Virus record (IMG/VR): IMGVR_UViG_3300030329_003597
Location: 2,676-66,675 of that record
Source of the DNA: a virus
DNA: 64,000 nt
Direction: 5' to 3' (one strand)
Shown: one piece after another, positions 16,862 through 26,669 of the stretch
Layout: every line of letters starts with the position of its first letter
How positions within the stretch are numbered: the first letter of the stretch is position 1
Program-made: the position numbers and the translations under genes
The notes under the pieces: model-generated
What the model saw: the letters and a program-made list of their open reading frames with translations, nothing else
Databases searched by the model: none
Told to the model about the DNA's origin: nothing

Positions 16862-17306
16862 AGTTAACTTAGATACTTCAGAGCAATTAGATATAACTTG
16901 CCGTCAAGGAGATACTTTTAGTCTTACATTAACTCTAAAGGATTCTTCTGGGAATGCATTAGCGTTATCTACTGATAATTATGAATTTGTAATGCAAGTA
17001 TGGGGTTCAGGTAGAGGGAGAAATGGATCTCCTTTAATAGCTAGTATTAACAAAGGGTTAAAAGGCCAAAACTTAAATACAGAAGAGATTCCTGGTTCTG
17101 CATATTTTGAGGAATTTGTTGTTGATGATAACGGTAATGTTACTATTACAGCTTCAGCAACTACAATGCGATCAGTTCCTGCAGGAAGACACATTTATGA
17201 TCTTCAATATATTTTACCTACAACTTCTGGGGTGGATACTCATACAACAGTATTAAGAGGAACTTTTACTATTAATGAGGATGTCACTAAAATGAGAAGA
17301 AGGTAA
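16851..17306 (+). CDS. fibre adaptor, BppU-N/LtfC-like Ig-fold protein
   Basis: DITCRQGDTF...YDLQ...LRGTFTINEDVT pattern, preceding a fibre gene. Confidence 0.6.
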   Translation: MSNKVNLDTSEQLDITCRQGDTFSLTLTLKDSSGNALALSTDNYEFVMQVWGSGRGRNGSPLIASINKGLKGQNLNTEEIPGSAYFEEFVVDDNGNVTITASATTMRSVPAGRHIYDLQYILPTTSGVDTHTTVLRGTFTINEDVTKMRRR

Positions 17307-19187
17307 ATGAGTGTAGACGTAACAACTAGTAGCGGAAACACTATTGATGTTTCTGTAAGTGGGAGTAATACTGTTAGTTTGACTCAATCGTCAACTAGTA
17401 TATCTGTATCTACACCTGCCGTATCTACTATTACTGTTACTGAAAAAGGTCCTAAAGGGGATACTGGGGCTACAGGCGCTACAGGTGCTACAGGGGCAAC
17501 GGGAGCTACAGGTGCTACAGCAACAGCAGGAGACGGAATAGATATTGCTGATGGCGAAGTAAGCACTGACTTAAAATCCAATGGTGGTTTAGTTATAGAG
17601 TCTACAGAATTAGCTGTTGATTTAGGGGCTTCATCTATTACGGGAACTTTAGCTGTTGGAGACGGAGGTACAGGGGCTACAAGTCTTACAGATAACGCTA
17701 TCCTTACTGGTACTGGGAGTAGTGCTATTACAGCTGAAGCTAATGCTGCTTATAATGGGAATGACCTTACATTAACAAGTTCTACTAGCGATAAACCAGT
17801 ATTAACTCTAAAAAATACAAATACTACTATTACTTCGGGCGCAGAACTTAAGTTTCTAAAAGACGCTGCTGACATATCTGCGGGAGAGACTTTAGGGTCG
17901 ATAGGGTGGTATGGTGATAATGATGCAGGTACTCCAGAGACAATACAGTACGCTAAAATTGTCACAAGAGCAGATGATATAGCAGATGGAGCAGAAGCAG
18001 GTCGACTGTATCTTCAAGTTGCAAATTATGACGGAGCTTTAACAAATGGAGTGTTTATTGATGGCGACACAGATGCTGATGACGAAGTAGATGTAACAAT
18101 AGGAGCTGGCGCTGCTTCAGTAACTACTATAGCTGGTACTCTTACTATGGGTAGTACAGCCGCTATGACTAATGCTGGACAATTATCTGTGGCCGCTCAA
18201 CCTAATATAACCACCATGACTGGTTTCTTAGGCGGTACCGCTAATGCGCTGATTACAGACGATGGTGATGGTACGGTTACATCCGAGGCTAACGCTACTT
18301 ACGCAAATGATTCATTACAGTTGTCGTCGTCGGTAACTCAAAAACCGACTTTAGAACTAATCAACTCAAACACAGACGCTGAGCCACCATATCTTATGTT
18401 TCAAAAAACAGCTAATGGAACAAATAATGATGGGCTTGGTATAATAAAGTTTAGAGGAGATGATGATGGGGGTAACATAACAGACTTTGCTAAAATAGAA
18501 GGTAAAATTGAAGCTGCGGCTGATGGGTCTGAAGAAGGTGAATTGAACATTACTGTTAATGCTCGTGGTAATATTAGAAACGGTTTTAGAGCACAGGGTA
18601 ATGGAACAGATATAGTTGATACAGATATAGGATACGGAACGACTTCAAAAACCACTGTAGCTGGCGTTTTACAAATTGATGGCAATGCTATATACGACGA
18701 TGATACCGCATTATGTATTCAGTTTGACTCTAGCGGTAATACAGAAATAAAAAATAAATTCAAGGCAGACACAAGAGAGTTTAATGTTCCTGGAACTAGT
18801 GATGGAGATCATGCCGCTGGAGATGTAGTGTTCTTTGGTAGTACTGAAGGTATGACTGCGGGTAAGATTTATTATTATACTAGTGGCGGGGCTTGGGCGG
18901 AAGCCAATGCTGGCGCTGATGCTACAGCTACTGGATTACTAGCTATTGCTTTAGGCAGTAGTTCAAATAACGATGGTATGTTATTAAGAGGTATGGTTAC
19001 TCCATCGGCTCCTGCAGGCAGCGATGATGAAGGTAAAAAAGTTTATCTAAGAGCTACGGATGGAGCCGTAACCACAACGGCGCCGTCGAGTAGCGGTAAT
19101 TTTGTAAGAATAGTAGGGTATATGCTTCACGCTAGTAACGATGCAATTTATTTCTGCCCTGATAATACATACGTAGAAATAGCGTAA
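17307..19187 (+). CDS. tail or head fibre protein with collagen-like segment
   Basis: 626 aa, G/T/A/D-rich; eight Gly-X-Y triplets; GTLAVGDGGTGATSLT fibre motif; internal duplication. Confidence 0.8.
   Translation: MSVDVTTSSGNTIDVSVSGSNTVSLTQSSTSISVSTPAVSTITVTEKGPKGDTGATGATGATGATGATGATATAGDGIDIADGEVSTDLKSNGGLVIESTELAVDLGASSITGTLAVGDGGTGATSLTDNAILTGTGSSAITAEANAAYNGNDLTLTSSTSDKPVLTLKNTNTTITSGAELKFLKDAADISAGETLGSIGWYGDNDAGTPETIQYAKIVTRADDIADGAEAGRLYLQVANYDGALTNGVFIDGDTDADDEVDVTIGAGAASVTTIAGTLTMGSTAAMTNAGQLSVAAQPNITTMTGFLGGTANALITDDGDGTVTSEANATYANDSLQLSSSVTQKPTLELINSNTDAEPPYLMFQKTANGTNNDGLGIIKFRGDDDGGNITDFAKIEGKIEAAADGSEEGELNITVNARGNIRNGFRAQGNGTDIVDTDIGYGTTSKTTVAGVLQIDGNAIYDDDTALCIQFDSSGNTEIKNKFKADTREFNVPGTSDGDHAAGDVVFFGSTEGMTAGKIYYYTSGGAWAEANAGADATATGLLAIALGSSSNNDGMLLRGMVTPSAPAGSDDEGKKVYLRATDGAVTTTAPSSSGNFVRIVGYMLHASNDAIYFCPDNTYVEIA
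17448..17519 (+). repeat. collagen-like 9-bp tandem repeat
   Basis: GPK GDT then (GAT) x6, degenerate at wobble positions. Confidence 0.9.
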
Positions 19188-19188
19188 T

Positions 19189-19734
19189 ATGGCGGATAAT
19201 ATGACGACAGACGAGTGGATGAATGGAGAGCTAACCAAAAAAGAAGATGGTTATTATATTGAAGGAGAAGATGAGTGTGTTTTATATCACCATGAACGTG
19301 AGGGGATAAAGAAAGGTGTTGAACTACTTTGTAAAGAATACGAGTTTGAATCTGTTTTAGAATTTGGATTTGGAAAAGGCTGGACGGCAACAGAGTTCCA
19401 AGAGCAAGGTGTAAAAAGACATGTTATTATAGAGCCGAACATCGGGATTTATAAGTCTGCGTTAGGGTGGAATAAAAACCATAATGCAGAAATATTAAAT
19501 ATGTTTAGTTGGGAATACGAACCAAAAGAAAAGTTTGATTTAGTTTATGATGATATCTTAGAATTTGGAAATACAAGCGATAGACACCATGAATATATAA
19601 ACAACTTTAAAGATCAGTGGTATGCTAGATGCATGCAACGAAAGTGTGTTTATAAAAACACGGTTCATGAAGATCCTTATATAGATTATACAGCAGGTGA
19701 AACTGAATATAGACAAGTAATACGAAAATTATAA
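19189..19734 (+). CDS. class I SAM-dependent methyltransferase (GAMT/RMT2-like)
   Basis: VLEFGFGKG motif I, HVIIE, FDLVYDD. Confidence 0.75.
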   Translation: MADNMTTDEWMNGELTKKEDGYYIEGEDECVLYHHEREGIKKGVELLCKEYEFESVLEFGFGKGWTATEFQEQGVKRHVIIEPNIGIYKSALGWNKNHNAEILNMFSWEYEPKEKFDLVYDDILEFGNTSDRHHEYINNFKDQWYARCMQRKCVYKNTVHEDPYIDYTAGETEYRQVIRKL

Positions 19735-20301
19735 ATGGCAACAGCATATTTAAATCCCGCAAGCGCTACTACTAACACTAATTGGGACGGTTCTGACGTA
19801 TCTGAGTTAGCCCAGGGAGAAACTAGTAATATATGGAATTCAACGGCAAATAGTGCGAGCTTAGATGTCACTCTTAGCGATTTTGATAACACAGGGGTTG
19901 CCTCTATTGACTCTGTTCAAGTAATATTAGTTGGTAGGTGGGGACAGCGATCAGGGTCTTGGACAGCTACAACACGTATACACGATGGCACTTCAACGTA
20001 TTACCTAGAAGCCCTTACAATGCCTGCTAACATGAATCAAGTAACAGTGGCTGGAACCGTAAGAACAACATCTGACGGTTCTACGGCTTGGACAGATAGT
20101 GATTTAGATGGGATGAAGCTGTGGGCGCTAGATACTTTAGGCAGTACCAGCACTCATGCAGATCTGTCTCAAATGTATATTAAGGTTGAATATACAGAAG
20201 TTTCTGGTTATAGTAATGATGTGAATGGTGTAGCTAGTGCCAATATAGGTAAAGTAAAAGGCGTGGCAACAGCTAGTATAGACAAAGTAATAGGAGTTTA
20301 A
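19735..20301 (+). CDS. putative fibre tip or structural protein
   Basis: 188 aa, S/T-rich beta protein; C-terminal repeat VNGVASANIGKVKGVATASIDKVIGV. Confidence 0.6.
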   Translation: MATAYLNPASATTNTNWDGSDVSELAQGETSNIWNSTANSASLDVTLSDFDNTGVASIDSVQVILVGRWGQRSGSWTATTRIHDGTSTYYLEALTMPANMNQVTVAGTVRTTSDGSTAWTDSDLDGMKLWALDTLGSTSTHADLSQMYIKVEYTEVSGYSNDVNGVASANIGKVKGVATASIDKVIGV

Positions 20302-20311
20302 ATAATAAGTA

Positions 20312-20506
20312 ATGGCAAAAGTTATAAAAAAGAAAAAGAAACTAAATATCTCCAACAAGAAGGTGTCTGTTGATCCACCAAAAGGTTATCATTGGATGGA
20401 GGAACAAGGAAGATACTATTTAATGGAGGGTGATTATAAACCACATCCAGGAGCTGTACAGAAGGCTTTATTCAAAACAGCCACTCATGGGAATAGCAAA
20501 AAATAA
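20312..20506 (+). CDS. small basic protein (PPKGYHWM motif)
   Basis: 64 aa ORF. Confidence 0.7.
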   Translation: MAKVIKKKKKLNISNKKVSVDPPKGYHWMEEQGRYYLMEGDYKPHPGAVQKALFKTATHGNSKK

Positions 20507-20523
20507 GACAAAGAAATAATAAC

Positions 20524-20531
20524 TATATTTG
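20524..20531 (+). promoter_or_regulatory. late promoter -7 box, TATATTTG
   Basis: Intergenic consensus match. Confidence 0.65.
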
Positions 20532-20549
20532 CATAAACAACTATAAACT

Positions 20550-20963
20550 ATGGCAACGACTACGGCAACAATTACACTAAACAGTCCTGATATTACTGGG
20601 GATCCTTTAAGCTTGACTAAAACGTCAACTTTAACAAAGGCTGGTACTGCTACTGGTTTAGATCAATTTACTGGGATTACTACTGTCATATATGCTGCTG
20701 CACAGACAGCAACTAATATTGTAGCTGCTGCTGATTATGCTGATACTACTACTTCTCATAAAGTATATATAAAGAATTCTGCAGAAGGGGCTAGTGATTT
20801 TGTTACAGTAGAACTTGGAGGTAGTAATGTATTTATGGGGAGGCTCTATCCTGGGGATTGGTGCTTTTTTCCTTATGATGGAACATTAGATGTGGATATA
20901 GACACTAGTGCTGCGGGAATGAAAGTTGAATATGGGGTTTTCTCACAATCAGCAGCATCATAA
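20550..20963 (+). CDS. structural protein, MATTTAT family paralog 1
   Basis: HKVYIKN and GRLYPGDW.F.PY shared with the next genes. Confidence 0.8.
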   Translation: MATTTATITLNSPDITGDPLSLTKTSTLTKAGTATGLDQFTGITTVIYAAAQTATNIVAAADYADTTTSHKVYIKNSAEGASDFVTVELGGSNVFMGRLYPGDWCFFPYDGTLDVDIDTSAAGMKVEYGVFSQSAAS

Positions 20964-20974
20964 TAATATAAACT

Positions 20975-21385
20975 ATGGCAACAACTACAGCGACATTAAC
21001 TTTAAACAGCCCAGATATTACGGGTCACAATTTTAGTATGACTCAAACGGCTACGCTAACTAAAGCTGGCAATTCATCTGGATTAGATGAGTTTACTGGT
21101 ATTACTAGTAGGATTTATTCTGCAGCTCAAACTGATACTGTTGTGGTTGCTGACGCTAATTATGCTTCTACTACTGTAGCGCATAAGGTTTACATTAGAA
21201 ATACAAGTACTGGAACAAGTGATTATATTCTTGTAGAATTAGAAGGAAACGTAATTATAGGGAGACTTTATCCAGGGGACTGGATGTTTATACCATATGG
21301 TGGTACTCTTGACGTACAAGTAACTACTGTTGCTACTGGGGTGACTATCGAATATGCTGTTTTCTCTCAATCCATAGCATCATAA
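20975..21385 (+). CDS. structural protein, paralog 2
   Basis: Colinear and highly similar to paralog 1. Confidence 0.8.
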   Translation: MATTTATLTLNSPDITGHNFSMTQTATLTKAGNSSGLDEFTGITSRIYSAAQTDTVVVADANYASTTVAHKVYIRNTSTGTSDYILVELEGNVIIGRLYPGDWMFIPYGGTLDVQVTTVATGVTIEYAVFSQSIAS

Positions 21386-21397
21386 TATATATAGATA

Positions 21398-22141
21398 ATG
21401 GCAACAACAACCGCAACAATTACATTATCTAGTACTGATTTGACTAGTAACAGCCTTAACTTATCTACAGAATCTGTATTAACAAAGGCTGCGACAATTA
21501 CTGGTATATCAGATACTACTGGTTTAGCACGAAGGACTACATCTTACGCTAGTTCGGGCGTTATTGATACCGTTGTACTTTATAGAGCTGACGACTATAC
21601 TGCTAATAAAGCTAATAAGGTTTATATAAAAAATATGTCATCGACTTCTGCAGAATATTTTACGATTTATTTAACCGCAGATAGAGCTGGTGAAACTCAT
21701 TCTGATGTTGATGGACTTACTGAAATAGGTAGGCTGTATGCAGGTGATTGGGCTTTCTTCCCATGGAGTGCTGTTGGCGGAACTAAAGAAGCCTTTACGG
21801 TAACTTTTGCAAATACATGGGCAGCTGGCGATACTTTTACATTTGACGGAGTTACTGTAATATCTGCAGGATCTGGATTGAATGAAATGGCTGCTGGAGT
21901 AGACGCTGCACAATTTCCTAATTGGACAACATCAGTATCTAGTGCGGTAGTTACATTTACTTCTAGATACTCTAGAGCTGATCTAGAGATTGATACTAGC
22001 GAGGCAGTTACAGTTACGGCTGGAGACGGAACGGGAGCTGTAGCAACTACTGTTACTGGAACAAAATCTGTATCAGATATATATATTAAACCCAGTGTTC
22101 ATACTGAGATGACGTTTGAGCATATGTTATTTTATGAATAA
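21398..22141 (+). CDS. structural protein, paralog 3 with inserted domain
   Basis: NKVYIKN and GRLYAGDWAFFPW, plus an insertion of about 90 aa. Confidence 0.8.
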   Translation: MATTTATITLSSTDLTSNSLNLSTESVLTKAATITGISDTTGLARRTTSYASSGVIDTVVLYRADDYTANKANKVYIKNMSSTSAEYFTIYLTADRAGETHSDVDGLTEIGRLYAGDWAFFPWSAVGGTKEAFTVTFANTWAAGDTFTFDGVTVISAGSGLNEMAAGVDAAQFPNWTTSVSSAVVTFTSRYSRADLEIDTSEAVTVTAGDGTGAVATTVTGTKSVSDIYIKPSVHTEMTFEHMLFYE

Positions 22142-22560
22142 TGGCAACAATTAAAGCAAATTTATCATTAACTAGTGCTGGGGTTTTAGCCAGTCCTCTT
22201 AGTATTTCTCAGGAATTTTCATCGTCTGTTGATTCTGGCAGCCTTATTAAAGCAAAAGTAAAGGGAACGGCTGTAGATACTAATGACATGATTGTATATC
22301 TAGCTAATGATAAAAGCGACAGAGCTTATTTATATATAAGGAATAATGAATCTGAATTAGAAAACTATATATATTTACGCAACGAAACTGAAAGCGATTC
22401 AGCTTTTGCTGCTAAAATTGGTGGCGGTGAGTTTGCTTTTATTCCTCTTGCCCCAGATAAAACTTATGCTGTACACGCTACAAGAGAAAATACTATTATT
22501 GAGTACGGCGTATTCGGAAACGACAATCCTTCTGTAATCCTTGGAGGTTCAGGAACATAA
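22141..22560 (+). CDS. structural protein, divergent paralog 4
   Basis: YLYIRN, AKIGGGEFAFIP, IEYGVF. Confidence 0.75.
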   Translation: MATIKANLSLTSAGVLASPLSISQEFSSSVDSGSLIKAKVKGTAVDTNDMIVYLANDKSDRAYLYIRNNESELENYIYLRNETESDSAFAAKIGGGEFAFIPLAPDKTYAVHATRENTIIEYGVFGNDNPSVILGGSGT

Positions 22561-22573
22561 TAAATAAAAAACT

Positions 22574-23101
22574 ATGGCATTTAAGACAGTAACATTAACT
22601 CCTACTTTAAGCACAGACGCATACGCTGATGGTGATGTTCTTTTTAATGAAGAAATAATGCTTCCTGCTAGAGGAGCTAAACTTATAGGTGGATGGATGA
22701 TTGACCAAACCAATAAGCTTAATGCTGAAAAAGTTTCTTTATTCTTTTTTGGTAAAAATGAAAATGCGTTTGGTACTGTAAATGCTACCGCTAATATCAG
22801 TAAGGCAAATCTTAGAACCAATCAATTTCAAGGTGTTATTAATGTAGCTGATTCTGCATATAGCTCACTAGGTTTTTCTGATATAGATAATGCACCTACT
22901 TTTAGACCGTTTGTTATATACAACGATGCTGATCCTACACTCGACGGAACTGATGATGCGGTAGATGTTTATGGTCCTGTTTTAAGTAGTGTAGAAACTG
23001 GAGGTAAAATATATGTAAGCGGTATTATACACGCTGCAGATGGTACATTAGCAGCTATGGCAGCAGATGAGCTAGACTTTGTATTTTACTTCGAATACTA
23101 A
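22574..23101 (+). CDS. putative structural protein
   Basis: 175 aa beta-rich protein; TPTLSTDAYADGDVLF start. Confidence 0.65.
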   Translation: MAFKTVTLTPTLSTDAYADGDVLFNEEIMLPARGAKLIGGWMIDQTNKLNAEKVSLFFFGKNENAFGTVNATANISKANLRTNQFQGVINVADSAYSSLGFSDIDNAPTFRPFVIYNDADPTLDGTDDAVDVYGPVLSSVETGGKIYVSGIIHAADGTLAAMAADELDFVFYFEY

Positions 23102-23126
23102 ATTGAATATTAATAATTAAATAATA

Positions 23127-24314
23127 ATGGAAGAAAATAAAGAAACCGTCGGAGGGTTTGAAGTGTTCAGCTCACCCGAAGAACTTTCTGCATCGATGAA
23201 TGCAGAACCACAACAGACAGAAACAATGACAGAAGAGGCTCCCCAACAGGAGTCTCAAGTAGTTTCTGAACCCGTGCAAGAACAAGCTGCCCCTCAGGTT
23301 GAATCTCAACCTCAAGAGCAGATTCAAGAACAGCAAGTAGAAGCGCAACCAGAACAAGTTCCTAATCAAGCGGAGCAGGTGTCTGAGCAGCCTCAACTTG
23401 AAACTCAAGAAGTAGAAAATATTCAACAGAGTTCATCTGCTGAAATAAATTATAGTGATAGTCAGATCGAAGAAGCAGTTATGTCTTATCTAAGCGAGAA
23501 GCTTGAAAGAGATGTATCGTCTTTAGATGATCTACTAACTCCACAGAACCCCGTTGACGAAAGGGTGGAAGCAATAGCTAATTTTGTTAGTGAGACTGGA
23601 AGGTCTCCACAAGAATGGTTTACTTATCAGTCACTGAATACATCTGAGATGGATGATTCGACTCTAGTAAAAGTAGACATGGCTATACAATATCCTAACC
23701 TTACAGCTAACGAGGTAAACACTCTTATTCAGAATAAGTACAAGTTAGATCCAAACAAGTTCTCTGAAGATGAAGTAAAAATTGGAAGCCTTCAAATGAA
23801 GGTAGATGCAGCAAACGCTAAGAAGCAGATAGAAGAGCAACGCATGAGATATGCAGCTCCTGAACCAAAGCAAGAAGCAGCAGAACCAGAAACCTTTATT
23901 AATGATGAGTGGATCTCAGAAATGAGAAAAGAGGCTAATGATTTGACTGGATTAGAATTTGACCTAGGCAATAACAAAACCTTTACTTTCGGATTGGATG
24001 ACCGATATAAACAAGAACTCGTGAACAAGAATGCTCGTCTTGATGAGTATTTTGATTCATATGTTCGAGATGACGGAAGTTGGGATTTTGATACATTAAA
24101 CTCACACCGTGCTATTGTTGACAATATCGATGCTATTATCTCGTCTACTTATAGGCAAGGGCTTAGTGACGGTCAAAAAAATGTAGTGCAGAATGCGTCT
24201 AATATTCAAGCTCAAGTTCCTAATCAGAGCACTCAAAATGATAACAATCCTTTAGAGGAACAATTAAAGAATATCATGGGTAAGGGCTCTAATAAACTTA
24301 CTTTTAAAATCTAA
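23127..24314 (+). CDS. putative capsid scaffolding protein
   Basis: E/Q/P-rich disordered N-terminus and helical C-terminus; directly upstream of the major capsid gene. Confidence 0.7.
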   Translation: MEENKETVGGFEVFSSPEELSASMNAEPQQTETMTEEAPQQESQVVSEPVQEQAAPQVESQPQEQIQEQQVEAQPEQVPNQAEQVSEQPQLETQEVENIQQSSSAEINYSDSQIEEAVMSYLSEKLERDVSSLDDLLTPQNPVDERVEAIANFVSETGRSPQEWFTYQSLNTSEMDDSTLVKVDMAIQYPNLTANEVNTLIQNKYKLDPNKFSEDEVKIGSLQMKVDAANAKKQIEEQRMRYAAPEPKQEAAEPETFINDEWISEMRKEANDLTGLEFDLGNNKTFTFGLDDRYKQELVNKNARLDEYFDSYVRDDGSWDFDTLNSHRAIVDNIDAIISSTYRQGLSDGQKNVVQNASNIQAQVPNQSTQNDNNPLEEQLKNIMGKGSNKLTFKI

Positions 24315-24328
24315 AATATTAAGAAAAT

Positions 24329-25738
24329 ATGGCTACTACTGCTGCTGCGGCTGCTGGTTTAGATAACGCTACTGCGAATCTGAGACTAACGCCCGAAACT
24401 TATACAACTATAGGTACTCTGCTCAAGGCTAACAAAGACTTTGTTATCCCTGAATTAGTAGAATCTTATGGTGATCAAGGAATCACTGGATTCCTTAAAT
24501 TAACAGGTGCTGTGATAAACGGAGGAACTTCTGACCAAGTTGATTGGTACGAAGGAGGTCGTCGTCACCGCCTTGTAACAGGATCTACAGACTCTGTGGA
24601 TGACGATCAGGCTACTTTAACTGTTTCTGCTGACTCTACTAACGGTACTCCAATCGGTCCTAACGATGTTGTTATGGACAGTGCTAACGGACAAAGATTT
24701 GTTTGTATCGACGTTACTGGAGCTCCTGGTGCTACAACTACTTTACAGCTTGCTACTCTAGATGGAGGTGCAGCTTCTGCTAACACAACTGACAGATCAT
24801 TTATTGTCTTAGGCAATATGTACGGACAGGGAACTGAGCAACCAGCTCACTTCACTGATGCTGACTTAGTTAAGCGTCAAAATCCGTTTATGATTGTTAA
24901 GGACCGTTACCAAGTAAATGGTTCTCAAGCAACTAATATCGGTTGGGTAAATGTTGGTGGTGGAGAATACCGCTGGTTTATGTACGGTGAGCAAGAAGCT
25001 CGTGCTCGTTTTGAGGACCGTCGTGAAATGATGATGCTATTTGCTGAAACAGGAAACGATGACAACTGGACTAATGTAACTTCTGCTACATACGATGGTG
25101 AGGCTCAAGAATCTGGAGTTGGTTCTGAAGGATATGTTTCTGCTGTTGAAAGCAGAGGTATCGTGGTTTCTAACGCTAACGCTAATCCACTTGATTCTTT
25201 CTCTGAGTTTGATGATATCATCGTTGAGCTTGACAAAAATGGTGCTGTTTCTGAATACGCTATGTACGTAAACAGAAAGCAAGATTTAGCTATTGATGAC
25301 ATGCTTGCGTCTGGTATCTCTACTGGAGTAACTGCTGGTCTAGCTGGACAGTTCGGTGCATTTAACAATGACGCTGATATGGCTGTAAAGCTTGGATTTA
25401 AGTCGTTCACTCGTGGTGGATATACTTTCCACAAGCATGATTGGAAGCTTCTAAACGATCCAACTCTTTTAGGTGCGTCTAACTATCTTCAAGGAGCTAT
25501 GATCCCTATGTCTCAAGTTACTGATGCTCGTTCAGGAATGAAAGCTCCTGCTCTAGCTATGTACCACAAAGAGGCTAACGGATACTCTCGTGAACTAGAG
25601 CACTGGGTAACTGGTGGTGGAGTTTTAGGATACAACAATAACGGAGATGCTGGTAAAGACGTTGCTACGTTCCACTACCGTTCTGAGTGTGCTCTTGTAA
25701 CTCGTGCTGCTAACCAACACGTTCTTATCAAAGGATAA
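24329..25738 (+). CDS. major capsid protein, crAss-like HK97 fold
   Basis: 469 aa; strong codon bias; LGFKSFTRGGYTFHKHDWKLLNDP and HYRSECAL motifs; position after scaffold. Confidence 0.9.
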   Translation: MATTAAAAAGLDNATANLRLTPETYTTIGTLLKANKDFVIPELVESYGDQGITGFLKLTGAVINGGTSDQVDWYEGGRRHRLVTGSTDSVDDDQATLTVSADSTNGTPIGPNDVVMDSANGQRFVCIDVTGAPGATTTLQLATLDGGAASANTTDRSFIVLGNMYGQGTEQPAHFTDADLVKRQNPFMIVKDRYQVNGSQATNIGWVNVGGGEYRWFMYGEQEARARFEDRREMMMLFAETGNDDNWTNVTSATYDGEAQESGVGSEGYVSAVESRGIVVSNANANPLDSFSEFDDIIVELDKNGAVSEYAMYVNRKQDLAIDDMLASGISTGVTAGLAGQFGAFNNDADMAVKLGFKSFTRGGYTFHKHDWKLLNDPTLLGASNYLQGAMIPMSQVTDARSGMKAPALAMYHKEANGYSRELEHWVTGGGVLGYNNNGDAGKDVATFHYRSECALVTRAANQHVLIKG

Positions 25739-25781
25739 TATAAGATTTGTTTTACTATATAACTTTTAAAAATTAGAAAAA

Positions 25782-26588
25782 ATGGCTGCAAAATATTTAT
25801 TTTTCGATGCTGACTCACATAACTCTGCTGTATTACCAGCAGATAAGTTGCTGGGAATGGATCAAACTGATGACACAAGCATAAGCTTGAAGTTTGCTGA
25901 TGTGGACGGGACCGATGGTCTTATCACGGAGGTAGACCTTACTATTGACACTGGAACAGAAAAAGCTGTAATGAAAGCTATTTCAGAAGCTATTGCTTTT
26001 GGAAAAGAGCAGTTTTGTGTTGTTGCTGATGACGTAAATAGCGATTACTTAAGTGCTTCAATTACTAACGTAGAGATTACTACTGGAGGTAGTGGTCTTT
26101 CTGCTGGAACTGGTATTACTTCTGGAACTGGTACAGTGTATAAAAGCTGGCAAGAGTCTCTTGGAAATGGAGTTATTAAGACTTCTATTTTCGTTGACTT
26201 AACTGGTCTAGCTGGTGGTGCTGATGGAGACATTATTGGAGCAGCTTCTGCTGCTAATTGTCACATTGGTCAATACACTGTTGCTAAATGTGGAACTCTT
26301 TTCGCTGCTAGTCTAAGATGTCTAGAGGTACCTCTTGTAGGTCCAGATGACATTGAGATTCACTCAGGTGATGAAGCTACAGGTACTGAAGATGCTGCAA
26401 TGTCAGGATTAACTAATAATACAACATTAGCTGCTGCGGGTGATGCATTTGCGGCAGCTCAGGGAGGTAATATTCCTTTCTCAGCTCTTCCTGCTGCTGA
26501 TCAATATTTATATATTGTTGATGGCGAGGGCGATACTGGAGTATATACAGCTGGACAGATTCTTATTGAACTGTACGGATCTAAGTAA
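25782..26588 (+). CDS. putative capsid decoration protein
   Basis: Follows the capsid gene before a terminator; N-terminal domain resembles that of 26670. Confidence 0.65.
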   Translation: MAAKYLFFDADSHNSAVLPADKLLGMDQTDDTSISLKFADVDGTDGLITEVDLTIDTGTEKAVMKAISEAIAFGKEQFCVVADDVNSDYLSASITNVEITTGGSGLSAGTGITSGTGTVYKSWQESLGNGVIKTSIFVDLTGLAGGADGDIIGAASAANCHIGQYTVAKCGTLFAASLRCLEVPLVGPDDIEIHSGDEATGTEDAAMSGLTNNTTLAAAGDAFAAAQGGNIPFSALPAADQYLYIVDGEGDTGVYTAGQILIELYGSK

Positions 26589-26609
26589 TTATTGATTTAC
26601 TACTACAAG

Positions 26610-26632
26610 AAAGGGGCTTCGGCCCCTTTTTT
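26610..26632 (+). terminator. intrinsic terminator
   Basis: AAAGGGGC-TTCG-GCCCCTTT followed by a T run. Confidence 0.92.
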
Positions 26633-26640
26633 ATTTGTCG

Positions 26641-26648
26641 TATATTTG
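26641..26648 (+). promoter_or_regulatory. late promoter -7 box, TATATTTG
   Basis: Consensus match immediately after the terminator. Confidence 0.7.
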
Positions 26649-26669
26649 TACGTAAATTTAATCTACTGA

